Virus record (IMG/VR): IMGVR_UViG_3300011438_000023
Location: 1-39,492 of that record
Direction: 5' to 3' (one strand)
From: a virus
Lineage: Duplodnaviria > Caudoviricetes
DNA: 39,492 nt
Shown: positions 18,393-26,464 of the stretch, piece after piece
Position numbering within the stretch: the first letter of the stretch is position 1
How the letters are laid out: every line of letters begins with the position of its first letter
Translations under genes and position numbers: made by a program
Notes under the pieces: generated by a model
The model's input: the letters and a program-made list of their open reading frames with translations, nothing else
Databases searched by the model: none
What the model was told of the DNA's origin: nothing

Positions 18393-19978
18393 GCCGCGCG
18401 GCGACCGGGCAACTGAGCCACGTTGCCGCCACCTTGTGGGGCAGGCGCAGGAGGCGCGGCGGCCTGTCCAGCGGCTTCCACAATCTTCTGCGTCTCCTCC
18501 TCGGTGCGCGCGAGGTCTGCATCCAACCCCGTCTTGCGAGCCACGAACCGTCCGATGCTCTCGACCTTGAGCGAGGCGGCAATGGCCTCAGGGCCCAAGG
18601 GCATGAGGATTTCAAGCGACTTCTGCAACGAGAGCAAGTCTTCGTCGTCCTGAGCCCGGGCGAGGGGCGAGACGTACTTGAGCGTGATCTGTTTTCCGTT
18701 GATCTTGAGGGGCGGGACCTTGCCCATCTTCCCCAGGATCGCCACCACGCGCGTCATGTACGGGGACAAGAACTCCGACTGTATCCGGCCATAGACCGAG
18801 CCCTGCTCCCGCGTGCGGTTGCGGTCGTGGATCATCCATTCGGTGGGGGATTTAACCGGCCCTTCGTGGCCCATCTCCCCGAGCATGATGCGGCGAATGC
18901 GCTGGCGCTGCTCAAAGATGAGCTTCTCGGTGATGTTGAAGTTGCCGCCCACCTCGAGCACGCGCAGCGAGGGGTTACCGCTGTCGTTGGATCCGACAGG
19001 GATCACCGTGTTTGGGATCAGGCTCGTCGTGTAGGGGTTCATCACGGAGTCCGTGACGGCCGTCATGGGAGGCGCGGCCTGCAAGGCGCCTACGGACAGC
19101 ATGAACTCCACCATGGCATTCAACGTCTTCATGTCAGGCAAGGCCCAGATGGCAGGGCCGCGACCGTAGATCTCGCCGGCAGTCACCGACGATCGGGCCA
19201 CGATGTAAGGCGATGTCAGCCCGTAGTTGTGCGACCAGAGGATACCCGAGGCCTCAGCGTCAACCACGACGCCATAGTACTGGCGCGTCTCGGGAACGTA
19301 GATGCACCCGCGGATGATGTCGATCTTGGAGTCTGGCTGCTTTCTGATCTTGTCCTGCAACTTCTGCGGGAGCGATTCCAAGGTCATCCCTCGAAACATC
19401 TGCGTGAGATTGCGCGCCGTGACGCTGTGCTTCTGGAACTCGGTCTTGATCGAGCCGTTCGGGCCTTCCTCCAATTCCAGCGCAGAGAGCGGCACGCAAT
19501 CATGCAGGAGCGGCTCCTCCATGTCGCCTTCCTCCACCGTCATGGCGCCAGTGCCCACCATGAGGTCGAGGAAGATTTCAGGGACGACGGTCGAGAAATT
19601 CGAGTGATTGACGTAGTTGAAGATGGTCTCGGTCGTCTCCTGTAGCTTGTCGATCACCTCCTGCGATTCGGCTTCCTCAGGCTTGATGTCTCCACCGGGG
19701 GCGAGAAGTGCCCAGTTCTTCCAGCTTGGGCAAAGCAATGACTGTGCGGTGTTGGCTGCAGAGTAGATGCACTCCTGCCCCGTGGAATCGAACAGGTGAA
19801 AGTCCTTTCGTTGCCCTGGCGCGTACGTATTGAACGTCTCGCGCTGCGGCATGAAGTAGTCGTAGGTCTCCCGGTACAGCGAACGCCACAGTTCTTTGCG
19901 AGAGGCAGCGGCGTCGCGACGCTTGATGATGTCGGCAGGTTTCCTGAGGCTCGCCGGTAGCGCCGCTGCGGGGTTCAT
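18389..19978 (-). CDS. Portal protein (head-to-tail connector, T7 gp8-like)
   Basis: 529 aa; FDSTG, SNF...DLMVGTG, GEIYGRGPA..ALPD.KTLN, YVSPLARAQ motifs. Confidence 0.95.
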   Translation of the reverse strand: MNPAAALPASLRKPADIIKRRDAAASRKELWRSLYRETYDYFMPQRETFNTYAPGQRKDFHLFDSTGQECIYSAANTAQSLLCPSWKNWALLAPGGDIKPEEAESQEVIDKLQETTETIFNYVNHSNFSTVVPEIFLDLMVGTGAMTVEEGDMEEPLLHDCVPLSALELEEGPNGSIKTEFQKHSVTARNLTQMFRGMTLESLPQKLQDKIRKQPDSKIDIIRGCIYVPETRQYYGVVVDAEASGILWSHNYGLTSPYIVARSSVTAGEIYGRGPAIWALPDMKTLNAMVEFMLSVGALQAAPPMTAVTDSVMNPYTTSLIPNTVIPVGSNDSGNPSLRVLEVGGNFNITEKLIFEQRQRIRRIMLGEMGHEGPVKSPTEWMIHDRNRTREQGSVYGRIQSEFLSPYMTRVVAILGKMGKVPPLKINGKQITLKYVSPLARAQDDEDLLSLQKSLEILMPLGPEAIAASLKVESIGRFVARKTGLDADLARTEEETQKIVEAAGQAAAPPAPAPQGGGNVAQLPGRRAA

Positions 19979-20259
19979 CAGTAGCCCGCCGCAGTCCGCA
20001 CGCGAGCGGCCACGCTGCCGGCGAAGGTGTTCTTGGATCGCATTACCCGCCCGCCGTTGGCGGCAGGAGAACCCGGTGCGCCGACCTGAGCGGCCTGCAC
20101 ATTGGGACTCGCGCGTTGAGCGGAGAACGCGCCCACGGTCTTGGTGCGCTTGATGCGCTTGTTCTCTTCCTCATCGAGGCGCGTCAGTTCCTCCAATTGT
20201 CGGCGCTCCATGAACTTCTCTTCTGCGGTTGGCTTCGGTGACTTTGGTGACGATCCCAT
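19978..20259 (-). CDS. Small basic virion protein upstream of portal (T7 gp7.3 position)
   Basis: MGSSPKSPKP N-terminus typical of this slot; coupled to portal. Confidence 0.65.
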   Translation of the reverse strand: MGSSPKSPKPTAEEKFMERRQLEELTRLDEEENKRIKRTKTVGAFSAQRASPNVQAAQVGAPGSPAANGGRVMRSKNTFAGSVAARVRTAAGY

Positions 20260-20690
20260 CTCAATACCCCTTTGCTACAGAGTTTGTGGAGCTGGTAAGG
20301 CGTCCACAGGAAGAAGTTTGGTATTCCCAATACAGATTTCACGAGTTCCACGCAAGTGATCGGCCCTGCGATCCAAGGCCAGCGGTGAGCCTTCATGCGT
20401 CGATAACTGACCACGCGCTGGATGATGCAGTCGGGGAACATCTCCTGCGGTGTCAGGTCGCTCCTGACCACTTCGACGTCCACATAAGCCACGTTCATGT
20501 TCACCACGATCCAGATGCGGCCGTCGCGCTTCAACGCAAAGACGTGCTCGAACCCTGGTTTTAGGACGCGACCAAGCAATCGGCGCCAGAAGCCGGGGTT
20601 CTCGAACTTCCCGTAGACCAGCCACCACTCGCACGGACTCGTGTGCGCTGAGGCCAGCAGGCCGGGGTTCTTGGAGCGCGCCCAGGTCAA
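20184..20690 (-). CDS. Putative permuted papain-like (NlpC/P60-type) peptidase/amidase
   Basis: GFEHVFAL (His) precedes ITCVELVKSVLGI (Cys), followed by WTPYQL. Confidence 0.5.
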   Translation of the reverse strand: MTWARSKNPGLLASAHTSPCEWWLVYGKFENPGFWRRLLGRVLKPGFEHVFALKRDGRIWIVVNMNVAYVDVEVVRSDLTPQEMFPDCIIQRVVSYRRMKAHRWPWIAGPITCVELVKSVLGIPNFFLWTPYQLHKLCSKGVLRWDRHQSHRSQPQKRSSWSADNWRN

Positions 20691-20929
20691 GCAACTTTCT
20701 TCTTCCGCACCTTGTTCATCTGCTCGATGCGCTTCAGTTCTGCTGCTTCACTCGCCTGCAGCGCCTTGAATGCGTCTGGCTTGAACGCCTCCATGTGCCA
20801 GCGGCCGACGAGCTTCCACAGTTCCTTCTCGCGTCGCTTCGTGTAACGGTCGCGGTCGTACGGGATGAACTTGCCGGAGCGCTCCTGGCGGATCTCGTGA
20901 AGTTCTTTGAGCAGGTCTTCGGGTTGCAT
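20687..20929 (-). CDS. Hypothetical protein (80 aa)
   Basis: ORF with AGGT RBS between terminase and the next gene. Confidence 0.65.
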   Translation of the reverse strand: MQPEDLLKELHEIRQERSGKFIPYDRDRYTKRREKELWKLVGRWHMEAFKPDAFKALQASEAAELKRIEQMNKVRKKKVA

Positions 20930-20932
20930 GGG

Positions 20933-22441
20933 CTACCTTCGAGGGATTGAGAATGGATTTGCAGCGCGTTGCTGGAGGATAGGCCCGTGGAACTTGACGC
21001 CGATGTTGATGGCCTTGGGGTTCTCGCCCATCTCCATCAAAGCGTATTGCTCGGACTCCGCAACGTGCGAGTTCATGTCCTTGTCGGGCTTCATCTGGTA
21101 CTTCTCGTGACTCGTCTGGATGCGCTTCAAGCAGTACCCGCCAGCCAAGGCCTTGCGTAAACGGACGCAATGCTGCGAGACCATGAGACCAGGCTTCCCA
21201 TCGATCAGGCGGGACATCGCATTGCCGACAGCATCGCGACGCAACGTGAAATCGTTGCTGCGGGCGGGGCGCGCGGGTATCCCCTTGGCTGCGAGGATCT
21301 GAAAACAGGTGGATTCATCGGTCTGCGATGGGGTATCCCCTGAGGGGTCGCCGACCACATCCCACTTTGGGACCTTGGAGAACTTGGCGATCTCAGGCGC
21401 CAGCACTTCAGCGAATCGGGTCACGCCCATGCGCTCCGAAACAACCTCGTGAAAGGCCACAATGCGGCCATTGGGAAGGCGTTGATGGAAGGTGGCAGCG
21501 GGCGTTAGTCCGAAGTCCAAGCCGATGACGGACTCGAGTGCGATGGGCTGGATGTGCAGACCGCCGCAATGCAGGCTGTCGGAGTATTCCGGATACACGG
21601 GCTTGCCATCCATGACGAAGCCGTACTCGCCGCGCACGTAGACCTTGATCCAGTCCTGCGACTTGCCGGCCTGCAGGCGGGTGTAATAGCCGGGCTTGAG
21701 GTTCTGCGCGTTCTCGGCGTTCTCGGAAAGCCCTGATGGTTGGCTGAAGAACTCGAACAGCTTCTGCGTGGCCCCAAGCAGCCCCTTGGCGCGTAGCTCG
21801 TCCTCAGTTCGGTCTATGCTCGCGATCAGTTCGGAGTTCGCCTGGGTGGTCTGGTCACGCTCTGCAATGACGTACCACCAATGATCTTGCTCGGGCGGGT
21901 TGGTGTCGAGCAGCACGCCGGACCACAGAGAGCCGCCGTCGCCCTCAGACGGATAGCGACCCACACGTCCGGTCAGGCCATCGATGATCGACTGCGGCAC
22001 CTCGCGCGCTTCGTTCACCCATGCGGCCGTCAGGTTCATCGAAAGCAGCTTCTTGACGTCAGAAGCGCTGTCCAGGGCGAGGAACAGCACCTCAGCCTCG
22101 AATGTGGTCCCGTCCCCTGACGGATGCTCACCACTCAGGTAATGCGTAGGAGGCCCCTGCCCAACCCATCGGCCCACATTGGGTGGAACGATCTCATGCC
22201 ACGTCGTGATCGTGGTCGTCTTGAGTTCGGGATACGTGTTGCGGACGATGGCCCAACGGCTTCTCCGCACCCCATTGCGGTCAGGCTTCTGATGCAGGAT
22301 CGACAGCAGGATCTTGATCACGCAGACCGTGGACTTACCTGAACCGAACGGTCCTCGAATGCCCTGAACGAAGGCGTCTGATCGCATGAAGGCATCAGCG
22401 ACAGGCCCAGGCGGCTGGTAGTTAATCGTCAGCTCGTCCAT
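20933..22441 (-). CDS. terL: Terminase large subunit
   Basis: Walker A GPFGSGKS, RNTYPEL, Walker B variant WVNEARE, DTNPP coupling motif, RNase H-like GLDFGLTPA and GDPSG. Confidence 0.96.
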   Translation of the reverse strand: MDELTINYQPPGPVADAFMRSDAFVQGIRGPFGSGKSTVCVIKILLSILHQKPDRNGVRRSRWAIVRNTYPELKTTTITTWHEIVPPNVGRWVGQGPPTHYLSGEHPSGDGTTFEAEVLFLALDSASDVKKLLSMNLTAAWVNEAREVPQSIIDGLTGRVGRYPSEGDGGSLWSGVLLDTNPPEQDHWWYVIAERDQTTQANSELIASIDRTEDELRAKGLLGATQKLFEFFSQPSGLSENAENAQNLKPGYYTRLQAGKSQDWIKVYVRGEYGFVMDGKPVYPEYSDSLHCGGLHIQPIALESVIGLDFGLTPAATFHQRLPNGRIVAFHEVVSERMGVTRFAEVLAPEIAKFSKVPKWDVVGDPSGDTPSQTDESTCFQILAAKGIPARPARSNDFTLRRDAVGNAMSRLIDGKPGLMVSQHCVRLRKALAGGYCLKRIQTSHEKYQMKPDKDMNSHVAESEQYALMEMGENPKAINIGVKFHGPILQQRAANPFSIPRR

Positions 22442-22682
22442 TGCCTACCAGGTTCACGTTGATTTTCAGTCCGCCGCCGATGTTCACGTCCTTTGGCAGA
22501 CACTTTCCAACCAGTGGAATGAACGCCTCGGGTTTGTCCTCAGCCTGCCTCTCAAGGTATTTCTGCCCACCTACGGCATGGAGCGCCCCCAGCACCATGT
22601 CGCGCAGATCGCCGCTCACGCGGTTCTTTGATCCCTTGGGGCGGCCTTTGCCAGCATTTGGTGGCTTTACGCCTTTTGGCAC
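22422..22682 (-). CDS. terS: Terminase small subunit
   Basis: GKGRPKGSKNR motif and ALHAVGGQKYL...LVGKCLP; directly upstream of terL. Confidence 0.8.
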   Translation of the reverse strand: MPKGVKPPNAGKGRPKGSKNRVSGDLRDMVLGALHAVGGQKYLERQAEDKPEAFIPLVGKCLPKDVNIGGGLKINVNLVGNGRADD

Positions 22683-22699
22683 AGTAAAGACTCAGTAAC

Positions 22700-23320
22700 T
22701 TAGTGGCGCGACTGCGGTAGGTAAAGCCGCGACTTGGTGCGCGCCTGACGAATCCCGGATAGCTCAGCCTGGATGCGCATGGGAGTCGGCCCACCACGGC
22801 GCATGATGCGATGTTCGAGGTAGGCCATTGATTGCTGGTACATAAGCTGACTCGTACCCTGCGGCAAGTCGGTGTCCTTATGCCGGTGTGCGTATTCGCT
22901 GACAGCATCGTAATACAGTTTCCAGTCCTCTGCACAGGCGGCTTTGACGATGTGGCGCTCGATGGTCTTCATGGACATTTCGGTCAGGTTCAGTGCTTTT
23001 CGCTTGAGCTTGGACCATTCGGCGATCTCGTAGACCTGAACATCGTCTGAGGTGCGTACATGGGTGTACTCGCCGGTCTTCACCTTGGAGTCGGTGCGCT
23101 CGATGATGGCCGGGTTCGCTCGCTTGCGTCTCAGGTAGGCGTTCTCCCCGTCCGTCCAGAAGGCGCGCTTGGTGTTCTTGATCTTGCGGCCACCCTTGAC
23201 GCGGGGGACTTCGATGCGCGGCGCTGCGGGCTTCTCCTGCGGTTCTGGAGCGGCTTTGGCAAGGAGCGTGCGCAGGGTTTCAAGTTCCGCGGCTGTCAAC
23301 CCCTGTTTCTTCTTGGCCAT
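22700..23320 (-). CDS. Hypothetical basic protein (206 aa) at the early/late boundary
   Basis: GGGAGG RBS, long ORF; family not recognised. Confidence 0.7.
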   Translation of the reverse strand: MAKKKQGLTAAELETLRTLLAKAAPEPQEKPAAPRIEVPRVKGGRKIKNTKRAFWTDGENAYLRRKRANPAIIERTDSKVKTGEYTHVRTSDDVQVYEIAEWSKLKRKALNLTEMSMKTIERHIVKAACAEDWKLYYDAVSEYAHRHKDTDLPQGTSQLMYQQSMAYLEHRIMRRGGPTPMRIQAELSGIRQARTKSRLYLPQSRH

Positions 23321-23619
23321 CAAACCTCCCTCACTCGTATTCCGTGAACCTGCAACATGAGTTTGCGCTTGATGCGGTAGACCGGATTGCGGTAGCCCTT
23401 GGCATCCTCAACGATGGTCACGCCGTTTTCCTTGTACTGGAAATCACCTACATATTTGCATGATCGCTCGCCTGTTTGCTTGGGAATCAGCAGGAACACG
23501 GGCTGCTCGACAAGCTCTGTGATCTCGCCCGCGGCCAGCAACAGCTTCAACTCCTGAGCCCGGTTTAGTTCGCGCTTCGACGCATAGCCATTGGTTGGCT
23601 TGTTGCGGTACTTCCTCAC
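23320..23619 (-). CDS. DUF1064-family PD-(D/E)XK nuclease
   Basis: GTG start; KYRNK, ASKRE, YVGDFQY, IVEDAKG, YRIKRKLM. Confidence 0.85.
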   Translation of the reverse strand: MRKYRNKPTNGYASKRELNRAQELKLLLAAGEITELVEQPVFLLIPKQTGERSCKYVGDFQYKENGVTIVEDAKGYRNPVYRIKRKLMLQVHGIRVREV

Positions 23620-23777
23620 GTTCTGCGCTTCCTGCCCCCACAAGGGCTGCATTGCTCGACACCGCGCATCACCTCGACATGGCATGTCTGGCAGTGCGCT
23701 TGGGCGTTGGATGGGCGTTGGATGTAGTGGTCGCGCTGGCGTTGCTTCCAAGCGCGGAGGTATTCGGTGGTGTTCAT
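23616..23777 (-). CDS. Small zinc-ribbon protein (53 aa)
   Basis: MNTTEYL start with ATGA overlap; CQTC...CSPC. Confidence 0.55.
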   Translation of the reverse strand: MNTTEYLRAWKQRQRDHYIQRPSNAQAHCQTCHVEVMRGVEQCSPCGGRKRRT

Positions 23778-24037
23778 GCCTTCCCCCTCGCTCGTTTGAT
23801 GCGTGACCAATCTCGATGGTAGTGCGGGTGCTTGGCGTTCCAATCTTCCCGCCATTTCTTCACGGCATCTGCGTTCTTTTGCCGGTAAGCCTTAACCAAT
23901 GCGCGGTGCTTTTCTGCGTTTCTCACATACCAGGCACGAGCACGCGCCCTGTGCTTGTCACGCGCAATCACTTTGCGGACGCGGCTGAGGATATCGGCTA
24001 TCTCGCGCTCGAGTTCGCGGTCCCTTGGGGTTTTCAC
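23774..24037 (-). CDS. Hypothetical basic helical protein (87 aa)
   Basis: 4-nt overlaps on both sides; repeated W/Y-R-x-x-N pattern. Confidence 0.6.
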   Translation of the reverse strand: MKTPRDRELEREIADILSRVRKVIARDKHRARARAWYVRNAEKHRALVKAYRQKNADAVKKWREDWNAKHPHYHRDWSRIKRARGKA

Positions 24038-24297
24038 TTGGGTGGCTCCGGGAGTGGCATCCAGTGGGTGGGCAATTCACTTCCCTCAAGGCGCATACAT
24101 CCAGCAACGAAATCGGCACCGAACCAATCTGGCTTGAACAGCGTTTCCTCGTCCAGCCCTGAGCGCTCAATCTCGTCCTCTGACATAAACGCATCGCATG
24201 CCGTGTAGCGAATCAGCATTGCCCCACAGTCATCACGCCAGCCAAGGATTTCAGTCCCATCCCTCGGCGCCGTCTCAATCGGTTGCCACTCGCTCAT
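24034..24297 (-). CDS. DUF551-like phage protein
   Basis: MSEWQPIETAPRDGTEILGW...PTHWMPLPEPP signature. Confidence 0.85.
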   Translation of the reverse strand: MSEWQPIETAPRDGTEILGWRDDCGAMLIRYTACDAFMSEDEIERSGLDEETLFKPDWFGADFVAGCMRLEGSELPTHWMPLPEPPK

Positions 24298-24530
24298 GAC
24301 AGCGCCTTGCGCACGCGCGCTGCTTGGGCTGCGGGGATGTAGTACTCGGCAATCCTCGCGCGTCCCTTGCGGACCATTCTCGCGACGACAGGGAAGCGCT
24401 GGTTTTTCAGTTCCGTCACGCGTTGCGAGGCCGTGGTTATCCGCCACTTGGTCCACGCCTGCCAGGTGGTGAGGGTGTTGCCCGCCGCTAACCACCTGAG
24501 CATTCGCAATCTTTGAGATTCCTGACTCAT
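24294..24530 (-). CDS. Winged-helix DNA-binding protein (HTH_39-like)
   Basis: SQRLRMLRWL..G.TLT..QA.......ASQRVTELK..RFPV pattern. Confidence 0.7.
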   Translation of the reverse strand: MSQESQRLRMLRWLAAGNTLTTWQAWTKWRITTASQRVTELKNQRFPVVARMVRKGRARIAEYYIPAAQAARVRKALS

Positions 24531-25114
24531 GCAACCTCCAATGCGATCAGTTTGTCGAGCTCGACTTCCGCAAGACTCATGCAATCGAACCACGCAACCT
24601 TGCCGTCCATGGTTCCGCCAGCCGCGCGGTCTTCGCGCATATCGCGCGCCCATGCGTCTTTCCACTTCACCATGATCGCGGTGTGCGACTTTGTTAGTGG
24701 GCCGACAACGATGTGGCGACGAGTCGAGCAGTACGGCGAGTCAGGCGCGTAACGATCCATGAGACGGCGGTCTTTCTTCTGGTCAAAGTACGCGAGCAGC
24801 AAAAGATTCGCTGTCGTGTCCCACTCGTCGCCCTTCCACTGCGGCTCGCCCATCTGCGCGACAGGGCGTTCGTAGCTGCGTATTCCGCGGCTGATGTCCC
24901 ACAGTTCGGAAACTGTCGGGATCTTCGACACCCCGCGCTCCGCGTGCGCGAGCTTCTCGATAGCCTTCTCGACACAGCGCTCGAACTGCATCAGCGACAT
25001 TTTCTCAAGGCCCTTCCAGTAGCCGGAAATAACCCCATCGCCAGGAGTCTTTCCGTGCGCACCAAAAAGCGCGGCGAGTGATTTCAGGAACTGCGGTCGC
25101 TCTGTTTGGTTCAT
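24527..25114 (-). CDS. Replication accessory protein (helicase loader/inhibitor-like)
   Basis: Coupled directly after the initiator; N-term F...L..LF.....YWKGL...F...V...PTVSEL pattern. Confidence 0.55.
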   Translation of the reverse strand: MNQTERPQFLKSLAALFGAHGKTPGDGVISGYWKGLEKMSLMQFERCVEKAIEKLAHAERGVSKIPTVSELWDISRGIRSYERPVAQMGEPQWKGDEWDTTANLLLLAYFDQKKDRRLMDRYAPDSPYCSTRRHIVVGPLTKSHTAIMVKWKDAWARDMREDRAAGGTMDGKVAWFDCMSLAEVELDKLIALEVA

Positions 25115-25893
25115 ATTTCACCGGCTAGGAATTTGCGCGCAGTGGCTTCCTCGCGCGTTTCTTGTTTCTTGGGGATCGGGAATGGACCGCGCCATTCATC
25201 GACGTAGAACTTCGCAGGACTCAGGACGAATTGCGTTCCAACTGATCCCTTGGCGATGCACTGAGCGGAGTATTCTGCGGTGCGGGCAACGATTTCCTCT
25301 GCATCCTCACCAGCATCCAGCAGTTTCCCAATCTGACGTTCCGCAGTGATCCAAGAGGTTCCCCGATAGGTCCCGGCTGGATAGATGGCCGCGCATCGCT
25401 CCTTGGTTTTCCATCCGACATCAACGTCACTCGCTCTTACGTGTGCTTCTGCTTCTGCTTCTGCATATGCCTCTGCAATAGGTGAGTTCGGTTGAGTCGG
25501 TTGAGTGTGTTGAGTCTCTGTTGAGTCGTGTTTGCGCTTGTGCCAGTAAGACCGGTGATAAGCTCGCCGATCTTCCTCGCGTTGAAGTTGGCGGTACTTG
25601 GAGTAATTCGTGATGCGCCAGCCCCAATTTCGATGCTCACTCAGCTTGACGATCCTCCGGCCATCCTCGTCAGGAGTACGGCTTTCGGGATCAGGTTGCT
25701 CCAATACATCGATGCCTTGAGTTATGATCTCTAAGGGAATTGTTGTCTCTCGTGCGATGGCCTTCTGCGTCATGTCAACGACGCCATCCTTGTCGGCCAG
25801 GATCAGCAATTGCTGAAAGGTCACGAGCGCTTCCCACGGGCCGTCTGTCGCGAGGGTGCCGTGGTACATCTGTCGAAATAGTTTGGCGTACAT
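25111..25893 (-). CDS. Phage replication initiator protein (lambda O-type architecture)
   Basis: N-term wHTH-like region (LLILADKDGVV, GWRITNYSKYR), linker with iterons and AEAEAEA run, C-term YP...QFVLSPAKF; start could be 25902 or 25923. Confidence 0.8.
   Translation of the reverse strand: MYAKLFRQMYHGTLATDGPWEALVTFQQLLILADKDGVVDMTQKAIARETTIPLEIITQGIDVLEQPDPESRTPDEDGRRIVKLSEHRNWGWRITNYSKYRQLQREEDRRAYHRSYWHKRKHDSTETQHTQPTQPNSPIAEAYAEAEAEAHVRASDVDVGWKTKERCAAIYPAGTYRGTSWITAERQIGKLLDAGEDAEEIVARTAEYSAQCIAKGSVGTQFVLSPAKFYVDEWRGPFPIPKKQETREEATARKFLAGEI
25481..25527. repeat. Iteron-like repeats, probable replication origin
   Basis: GTTGAGT at 25491, 25500, 25509 and 25520 plus GGTGAGT at 25481, inside the initiator linker. 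Confidence 0.65.
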
Positions 25894-25910
25894 TGAGACC
25901 ATATTCGTTG

Positions 25911-25925
25911 TGTTGAGGCTCAACA
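25911..25925. promoter_or_regulatory. Palindrome TGTTGAG-G-CTCAACA built from iteron half-sites
   Basis: Perfect 7-bp arms immediately upstream of the initiator start. Confidence 0.5.
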
Positions 25926-26085
25926 GTAAGAGCGTTCCGACACAAAGTAAAGACGTTTCTCAGGTCAAGTCTGCTTTACACTGTAAAATGGACTCGGTAT
26001 AACGCGCCCCAACTGTCGGCCCGCACCCAAACAGGACAAGTGGGCACTAGGCCGCGCCCGAAGGCCGCGAACCTTTGGGCGCTTT

Positions 26086-26283
26086 TCATTTTGGCTCGCA
26101 CGTCATGTGCGCCGGCTTTTCCTGCGGGAATATCCACAACCAGCACCGCACACATTGCCTCTGTCGCAGGCCGTGTTTCGTTTGTGCTTCCGCCCACGAA
26201 TGCCACGCCAGGTATCCGGTTGGAGGCGCGCAGCCGGCCGGCCACTCTGAGCGCGCAGACCATTTGTGATTTTTCCTGCTCAC
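26086..26283 (-). CDS. Small Cys/His/Trp-rich phage protein (65 aa)
   Basis: GTG start overlapping the upstream stop; PTGYLAWHSWAE...QRQCVRC.LW. Confidence 0.6.
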   Translation of the reverse strand: MSRKNHKWSARSEWPAGCAPPTGYLAWHSWAEAQTKHGLRQRQCVRCWLWIFPQEKPAHMTCEPK

Positions 26284-26405
26284 GAGAATTTCGCCCACAG
26301 GTAGAGACCGCCAAACACAATGGCGCAGCCAATCCAAAACAGGATTGCGAGCACGCCGAAGATGAATGTCCAGTCAATCAGACGCTGCAAGCTGCGCGGG
26401 AACAT
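26280..26405 (-). CDS. Small membrane protein (41 aa), absent from the ORF track
   Basis: GAGGT RBS; MFPRSLQRLIDWTFIFGVLAILFWIGCAIVFGGLYLWAKFS; GTGA overlap with the next gene. Confidence 0.65.
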   Translation of the reverse strand: MFPRSLQRLIDWTFIFGVLAILFWIGCAIVFGGLYLWAKFS

Positions 26406-26464
26406 GTCTAGTTACCTCAAGATTGATTCAGTTACGTCTCGGCTGGCAGGTCGGGGCGGGCTTG

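Noticed and set aside
20933-22441. Walker B reads NE rather than DE in the terminase
   Set aside because: All other motifs are intact and this variant is familiar in this terminase group; not evidence of inactivation
25445-25476. GCTTCT hexamer tandem repeat
   Set aside because: Encodes the AEAEAEA linker common in phage initiators; low-complexity coding sequence
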